Source of the DNA: Eledone cirrhosa
Lineage: Eukaryota
Length of the DNA stretch: 64,000 bases
Direction of reading: 5' to 3'
Assembly: GCA_964016885.1 (NCBI GenBank)
Contig: OZ024745.1
Location: forward strand, 32,674,001-32,738,000
Positions 56,255-64,000 of the stretch are shown piece by piece. Each line of letters starts with the position of its first letter. Within the stretch, counting starts at the first letter, position 1. The translations under genes and the position numbers were made by a program. The notes under the pieces were generated by a model, which saw only the letters and a list, made by a program, of their open reading frames with translations, was not told where the DNA came from and ran no database searches.

Positions 56255-59200
56255 AAATACCATAGAGAAGAACAAAGATAGCCACAGTACTAAATACCAT
56301 CAGAGGAACAAAGATAGCCACAGTACTAAATACCATCGGGGGAACAAAGATAGCCACAGTACTAAATACCATCAGAAGAACAAAGATAGCCACAGTACTA
56401 AATACCATCGGGGGAACAAAGATAGCCACAGTACTAAATACCATCAGAAGAACAAAGATAGCCACAGTACTAAATACCATCAGAAGAACAAAGATAGCCA
56501 CAGTACTAAATACCATCAGAGGAACAAAGATAGCCCCAGTACTAAATACTATCAGAGGAACAAAGATAGCCACAGTACTAAATACCATCAGAGGAACAAA
56601 GATAGCCCCTGTACTAAATACCATCAAAGGAACAAAAATTGCCCCAGTACTAAATACCATCACAGGAACAAAGATAGCCACAGTACTAAATACCATCAGA
56701 GGAACAAAGATAGCCACAGTACTAAATACCATCAGAGGAACAAAGATAGCCACTGTACTAAATACCATCAGAGGAACAAAGATAGCCACAGTACTAAATA
56801 CCATCAGAAGAACAAAGATAGCCACAGTACTAAATACCATCAGAAGAACAAAGATAGCCACAGTACTAAATACCATCAGAAGAACAAAGATAGCCACAGT
56901 ACTAAATACCATCAGAGGAACAAAGATAGCCACAGTACTAAATACCATCAGAGGAACAAAGATAGCCACAGTACTAAATACCATCAGAGGAACAAAGATA
57001 GCCACTGTACTAAATACCATCAGAGGAACAAAGATAGCCACAGTACTACATAACATCAGAAGAACAAAGATAGCCACAGTACTAAATACCATCAGAAGAA
57101 CAAAGATAGCCACAGTACTAAATACCATCAGAAGAACAAAGATAGCAACAGTACTAAATACCATCAGAAGAACAAAGATAGCCACAGTACTAAATACCAT
57201 CAGAAGAACAAAGATAGCCACAGTACTAAATACCATCAGAAGAACAAAGATAGCCACAGTACTAAATACCATCAGAAGAACAAAGATAGCCACAGTACTA
57301 AATACCACCAGGGGAACAAAGATAGCCACAGTACTAAATACCATCAGAAGAACAAAGATAGCCACAGTACTAAATACCATCATAAGAACAAAGATAGTCA
57401 CAGTACTAAATACCATCAGAGGAACAAAGATAGCCACAGCACTAAATACCATCAGAAGAACAAAGATAGCCACAGTACTAAATACCATCAGGGGAACAAA
57501 GATAGCCACAGTACTAAATACCATCGGGGGAACAAAGATAGCCACAGTACTAAATACCATCAGAGGAACAAAGATAGCCACAGTACTAAATACCATCAGA
57601 AGAACAAAGATAGCCACAGTGCTAAATACCATAGAGAAGAACAAAGATAGCCACAGTACTAAATACCATCAGAGGAACAAAGATAGCCACAGTACTAAAT
57701 ACCATCAGAAGAACAAAGATAGCCACAGTACTAAATACCATCGGGGGAACAAAGATAGCCACAGTACTAAATACCATCAGAAGAACAAAGATAGCCACAG
57801 TACTAAATACCATCAGAAGAACAAAGATAGCCACAGTACTAAATACCATCAGATGAACAAAGATAGCCCCAGTACTAAATACTATCAGAGGAACAAAGAT
57901 AGCCACAGTACTAAATACCATCAGAGGAACAAAGATAGCCCCTGTACTAAATACCATCAAAGGAACAAAAATTGCCCCAGTACTAAATACCATCACAGGA
58001 ACAAAGATAGCCACAGTACTAAATACCATCAGAGGAACAAAGATAGCCACAGTACTAAATACCATCAGAAGAACAAAGATAGCCACAGTACTAAATACCA
58101 TCAGAAGAACAAAGATAACCACAGTACTAAATACCATCAGAAGAACAAAGATAGCCACAGTACTAAATACCATCAGAAGAACAAAGATAGCCACAGTACT
58201 AAATACCATCAGAAGAACAAAGATAGCCACAGTACTAAATACCATCAGAACAACAAAGATAGCCACAGTACTAAATACCATCAGAAGTACAAAGATAGCC
58301 ACAGTACTAAATACCATCAGAGGAACAAAGATAGCCCCAGTACTAAATACCATCAGATGAACAAAGATAGCCACAGTACTAAATATCATCAGAGGAACAA
58401 AGATAGCCACAGTACTAAATATCATCAGAGGAACAAAGATAGCCACAGTACTAAATACCATCAGAAGAACAAAGATAGCCACAGTACTAAATACCATCAG
58501 AAGAACAAAGATAGCCACAGTACTAAATACCACCAGGGGAACAAAGATAGCCACAGTACTAAATACCATCAGAAGAACAAAGATAGCCACAGTACTAAAT
58601 ACCATCATAAGAACAAAGATAGTCACAGTACTAAATACCATCAGAGGAACAAAGATAGCCACAGCACTAAATACCATCAGAAGAACAAAGATAGCCACAG
58701 TACTAAATACCATCAGGGGAACAAAGATAGCCACAGTACTAAATACCATCGGGGGAACAAAGATAGCCACAGTACTAAATACCATCAGAGGAACAAAGAT
58801 AGCCACAGTACTAAATACCATCAGAAGAACAAAGATAGCCACAGTGCTAAATACCATAGAGAAGAACAAAGATAGCCACAGTACTAAATACCATCAGAGG
58901 AACAAAGATAGCCACAGTACTAAATACCATCAGAAGAACAAAGATAGCCACAGTACTAAATACCATCGGGGGAACAAAGATAGCCACAGTACTAAATACC
59001 ATCAGAAGAACAAAGATAGCCACAGTACTAAATACCATCAGAAGAACAAAGATAGCCACAGTACTAAATACCATCAGATGAACAAAGATAGCCCCAGTAC
59101 TAAATACTATCAGAGGAACAAAGATAGCCACAGTACTAAATACCATCAGAGGAACAAAGATAGCCACAGTACTAAATACCATCAGAAGAACAAAGATAGC

Positions 59201-62200
59201 CACAGTACTAAATACCATCAGAAGAACAAAGATAGCCACAGTACTAAATACCATCAGAAGAACAAAGATAGCAACAGTACTAAATACCATCAGAAGAACA
59301 AAGATAGCCACAGTACTAAATACCATCAGAAGAACAAAGATAGCCACAGTACTAAATACCACCAGGGGAACAAAGATAGCCACAGTACTAAATACCATCA
59401 GAGGAACAAAGATAGCCACAGTACTAAATACCATCAGAGGAACAAAGATAGCCACTGTACTAAATACCATCAGAGGAACAAAGATAGCCACAGTACTAAA
59501 TACCATCAGAAGAACAAAGATAGCCACAGTACTAAATACCATCAGAAGAACAAAGATAGCAACAGTACTAAATACCATCAGAAGAACAAAGATAGCAACA
59601 GTACTAAATACCATCAGAAGAACAAAGATAGCCACAGTACTAAATACCATCAGAAGAACAAAGATAGCCACAGTACTAAATACCATCAGAAGAACAAAGA
59701 TAGCCACAGTACTAAATACCATCAGAAGAACAAAGATAGCCACAGTACTAAATACCACCAGGGGAACAAAGATAGCCACAGTACTAAATACCATCAGAAG
59801 AACAAAGATAGCCACAGTACTAAATACCATCATAAGAACAAAGATAGTCACAGTACTAAATACCATCAGAGGAACAAAGATAGCCACAGCACTAAATACC
59901 ATCAGAAGAACAAAGATAGCCACAGTACTAAATACCATCAGGGGAACAAAGATAGCCACAGTACTAAATACCATCGGGGGAACAAAGATAGCCACAGTAC
60001 TAAATACCATCAGAGGAACAAAGATAGCCACAGTACTAAATACCATCAGAAGAACAAAGATAGCCACAGTGCTAAATACCATAGAGAAGAACAAAGATAG
60101 CCACAGTACTAAATACCATCAGAGGAACAAAGATAGCCACAGTACTAAATACCATCAGAAGAACAAAGATAGCCACAGTACTAAATACCATCGGGGGAAC
60201 AAAGATAGCCACAGTACTAAATACCATCAGAAGAACAAAGATAGCCACAGTACTAAATACCATCAGAAGAACAAAGATAGCCACAGTACTAAATACCATC
60301 AGATGAACAAAGATAGCCCCAGTACTAAATACTATCAGAGGAACAAAGATAGCCACAGTACTAAATACCATCAGAAGAACAAAGATAGCCCCTGTACTAA
60401 ATACCATCAAAGGAACAAAAATTGCCCCAGTACTAAATACCATCACAGGAACAAAGATAGCCACAGTACTAAATACCATCAGAGGAACAAAGATAGCCAC
60501 AGTACTAAATACCATCAGAAGAACAAAGATAGCCACAGTACTAAATACCATCAGAAGAACAAAGATAACCACAGTACTAAATACCATCAGAAGAACAAAG
60601 ATAGCCACAGTACTAAATACCATCAGAAGAACAAAGATAGCCACAGTACTAAATACCATCAGAAGACCAAAGATAGCCACAGTACTAAATACCATCAGAA
60701 CAACAAAGATAGCCACAGTACTAAATACCATCAGAAGTACAAAGATAGCCACAGTACTAAATACCATCAGAGGAACAAAGATAGCCCCAGTACTAAATAC
60801 CATCAGATGAACAAAGATAGCCACAGTACTAAATATCATCAGAGGAACAAAGATAGCCACAGTACTAAATATCATCAGAGGAACAAAGATAGCCACAGTA
60901 CTAAATATCATCAGAAGAACAAAGATAGCCACTGTACTAAATACCATCAGAGGAACAAAGATATCCACAGTACTAAATACCATCAGAAGAACAAAGATAG
61001 CCACAGTACTAAATACCATCAGAAGAACAAAGATAACCACAGTACTAAATACCATCAGAAGAACAAAGATAGCCACAGTACTAAATACCATCAGAAGAAC
61101 AAAGATAGCCACAGTACTAAATACCATCAGAAGAACAAAGATAGCCACAGTACTAAATACCATCAGAAGAACAAAGATAGCCACAGTACTAAATACCATC
61201 AGAAGTACAAAGATAGCCACAGTACTAAATACCATCAGAGGAACAAAGATAGCCCCAGTACTAAATACCATCAGAGAAACAAAGATAGCCACAGTACTAA
61301 ATACCATCAGAGGAACAAAGATAGCCACAGTACTAAATACCATCAGAAGAACAAAGATAGCCACAGTACTAAATACCATCAGAAGAACAAAGATAGCAAC
61401 AGTACTAAATACCATCAGAAGAACAAAGATAGCCACAGTACTAAATACCATCAGAAGAACAAAGATAGCCACAGTACTAAATATCATCAGAGGAACAAAG
61501 ATAGCCACAGTACTAAATACCATCAGAAGAACAAAGATAGCCACAGTACTAAATACCATCAGAAGAACAAAGATAGCCACAGTACTAAATACCACCAGGG
61601 GAACAAAGATAGCCACAGTACTAAATACCATCAGAAGAACAAAGATAGCCACAGTACTAAATACCATCATAAGAACAAAGATAGTCACAGTACTAAATAC
61701 CATCAGAGGAACAAAGATAGCCACAGCACTAAATACCATCAGAAGAACAAAGATAGCCACAGTACTAAATACCATCAGGGGAACAAAGATAGCCACAGTA
61801 CTAAATACCATCGGGGGAACAAAGATAGCCACAGTACTAAATACCATCAGAGGAACAAAGATAGCCACAGTACTAAATACCATCAGAAGAACAAAGATAG
61901 CCACAGTGCTAAATACCATAGAGAAGAACAAAGATAGCCACAGTACTAAATACCATCAGAGGAACAAAGATAGCCACAGTACTAAATACCATCAGAAGAA
62001 CAAAGATAGCCACAGTACTAAATACCATCGGGGGAACAAAGATAGCCACAGTACTAAATACCATCAGAAGAACAAAGATAGCCACAGTACTAAATACCAT
62101 CAGAAGAACAAAGATAGCCACAGTACTAAATACCATCAGATGAACAAAGATAGCCCCAGTACTAAATACTATCAGAGGAACAAAGATAGCCACAGTACTA

Positions 62201-64000
62201 AATACCATCAGAGGAACAAAGATAGCCACAGTACTAAATACCATCAGAAGAACAAAGATAGCCACAGTACTAAATACCATCAGAAGAACAAAGATAGCCA
62301 CAGTACTAAATACCATCAGAAGAACAAAGATAGCAACAGTACTAAATACCATCAGAAGAACAAAGATAGCCACAGTACTAAATACCATCAGAAGAACAAA
62401 GATAGCCACAGTACTAAATACCACCAGGGGAACAAAGATAGCCACAGTACTAAATACCATCAGAGGAACAAAGATAGCCACAGTACTAAATACCATCAGA
62501 GGAACAAAGATAGCCACTGTACTAAATACCATCAGAGGAACAAAGATAGCCACAGTACTAAATACCATCAGAAGAACAAAGATAGCCACAGTACTAAATA
62601 CCATCAGAAGAACAAAGATAGCCACAGTACTAAATACCATCAGAAGAACAAAGATAGCAACAGTACTAAATACCATCAGAAGAACAAAGATAGCCACAGT
62701 ACTAAATACCATCAGAAGAACAAAGATAGCCACAGTACTAAATACCATCAGAAGAACAAAGATAGCCACAGTACTAAATACCATCAGAAGAACAAAGATA
62801 GCCACAGTACTAAATACCACCAGGGGAACAAAGATAGCCACAGTACTAAATACCATCAGAAGAACAAAGATAGCCACAGTACTAAATACCATCATAAGAA
62901 CAAAGATAGTCACAGTACTAAATACCATCAGAGGAACAAAGATAGCCACAGCACTAAATACCATCAGAAGAACAAAGATAGCCACAGTACTAAATACCAT
63001 CAGGGGAACAAAGATAGCCACAGTACTAAATACCATCGGGGGAACAAAGATAGCCACAGTACTAAATACCATCAGAGGAACAAAGATAGCCACAGTACTA
63101 AATACCATCAGAAGAACAAAGATAGCCACAGTGCTAAATACCATAGAGAAGAACAAAGATAGCCACAGTACTAAATACCATCAGAAGAACAAAGATAGCC
63201 ACAGTACTAAATACCATCAGAAGAACAAAGATAGCCACAGTACTAAATACCATCAGATGAACAAAGATAGCCCCAGTACTAAATACTATCAGAGGAACAA
63301 AGATAGCCACAGTACTAAATACCATCAGAAGAACAAAGATAGCCCCTGTACTAAATACCATCAAAGGAACAAAAATTGCCCCAGTACTAAATACCATCAC
63401 AGGAACAAAGATAGCCACAGTACTAAATACCATCAGAGGAACAAAGATAGCCACAGTACTAAATACCATCAGAAGAACAAAGATAGCCACAGTACTAAAT
63501 ACCATCAGAAGAACAAAGATAACCACAGTACTAAATACCATCAGAAGAACAAAGATAGCCACAGTACTAAATACCATCAGAAGAACAAAGATAGCCACAG
63601 TACTAAATACCATCAGAAGACCAAAGATAGCCACAGTACTAAATACCATCAGAACAACAAAGATAGCCACAGTACTAAATACCATCAGAAGTACAAAGAT
63701 AGCCACAGTACTAAATACCATCAGAGGAACAAAGATAGCCCCAGTACTAAATACCATCAGATGAACAAAGATAGCCACAGTACTAAATATCATCAGAGGA
63801 ACAAAGATAGCCACAGTACTAAATATCATCAGAGGAACAAAGATAGCCACAGTACTAAATATCATCAGAAGAACAAAGATAGCCACTGTACTAAATACCA
63901 TCAGAGGAACAAAGATATCCACAGTACTAAATACCATCAGAAGAACAAAGATAGCCACAGTACTAAATACCATCAGAAGAACAAAGATAACCACAGTACT
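56255..64000 (+). repeat. Alternating A/B higher-order blocks delimited by the 37-bp (+1) monomer: 38, 34(A), 34(B), 51(A'), 34(B) monomers, then a partial A
   Basis: +1 monomers start at 56255, 57624, 58849, 60074, 61911 and 63136 (spacings 1369, 1225, 1225, 1837, 1225). The blocks at 58849 and 61911 translate almost identically in the ORF track. The blocks at 57624, 60074 and 63136 share aaattgcc, cagaacaac and gaagtac variants. Confidence 0.9.

Larger units (their letters stand above)
984..64000 (+). repeat. 36-bp tandem satellite array, 1750 monomers, uninterrupted and single orientation, running off the 3' end of the window
   Basis: Consensus AAATACCATCAGAAGAACAAAGATAGCCACAGTACT seen throughout. 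The main polymorphism is AAG/AGG at unit positions 13-15. Length check: 63017 = 1750x36 + 14 + 3. No spacers, inversions or foreign insertions were seen. Confidence 0.99.

Noticed and set aside
1951-63162. Plus-strand ORFs (NTIRRTKIATVL and KYHQKNKDSHST repeats) as genes
   Set aside because: Starts arise from point variants inside the array (GTG, CATGGG, CAGATG). Frames switch at the +1 units, and stop variants (TAG 3111, TAA 11789, TAG ~27819, TGA 1606) were amplified by duplication.
966-63994. Giant membrane-protein genes on the minus strand (MVFSTVAIFVLL repeats)
   Set aside because: No consensus codon in this frame is one substitution from a stop, so openness is automatic. ORF ends coincide with the +1 monomers. 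The commonest variant is a non-conservative L/P change, and there is no unique domain.
984-64000. CRISPR array (36 bp is a typical type II repeat length)
   Set aside because: Units are head-to-tail with no unique spacers. There are no cas genes or leader, and the flank looks eukaryotic.
984-64000. Telomerase-type terminal repeat or G-quadruplex array
   Set aside because: No TTAGG(G)-like motif. G-runs are sporadic and at least 36 bp apart. Block duplications indicate recombination rather than templated addition. A subtelomeric location cannot be excluded.
984-64000. AAG/AGG pattern as an information-bearing code (TALE-like variable residues or data storage)
   Set aside because: The pattern is explained by nested duplications. 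The 12-aa unit has no known fold, and variation is not limited to the hotspot.

Overview
The window is eukaryote-like and almost entirely non-coding. Bases 1-983 are the only non-array sequence. They hold the 3' end of a SINE/LINE-like retroelement (14-bp palindrome plus (TGA)5 tail), a 7-copy 37-bp minisatellite, TA/TG microsatellite and AT-rich spacer. From 984 to the window end (the array probably continues) there is one head-to-tail satellite of a 36-bp unit, consensus AAATACCATCAGAAGAACAAAGATAGCCACAGTACT (18 A, 8 C, 5 G, 5 T, no CpG, one ScaI site). The length arithmetic closes exactly: 63017 bp = 1750 x 36 + 14 single-base insertions + one 3-base insertion. Point variants form a readable barcode showing nested higher-order duplications (21, 34, 51, 71, 89, 93-98 and about 173-220 monomers) and region-specific variant layers. 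The giant ORFs in the track (up to 8695 aa) follow from three stop-free frames in the monomer and are most likely not genes. I see no CRISPR, cas, rRNA, tRNA or recognisable protein gene. I could not support a new enzymatic system. The noteworthy object is the satellite, its architecture and its junction with unique DNA.
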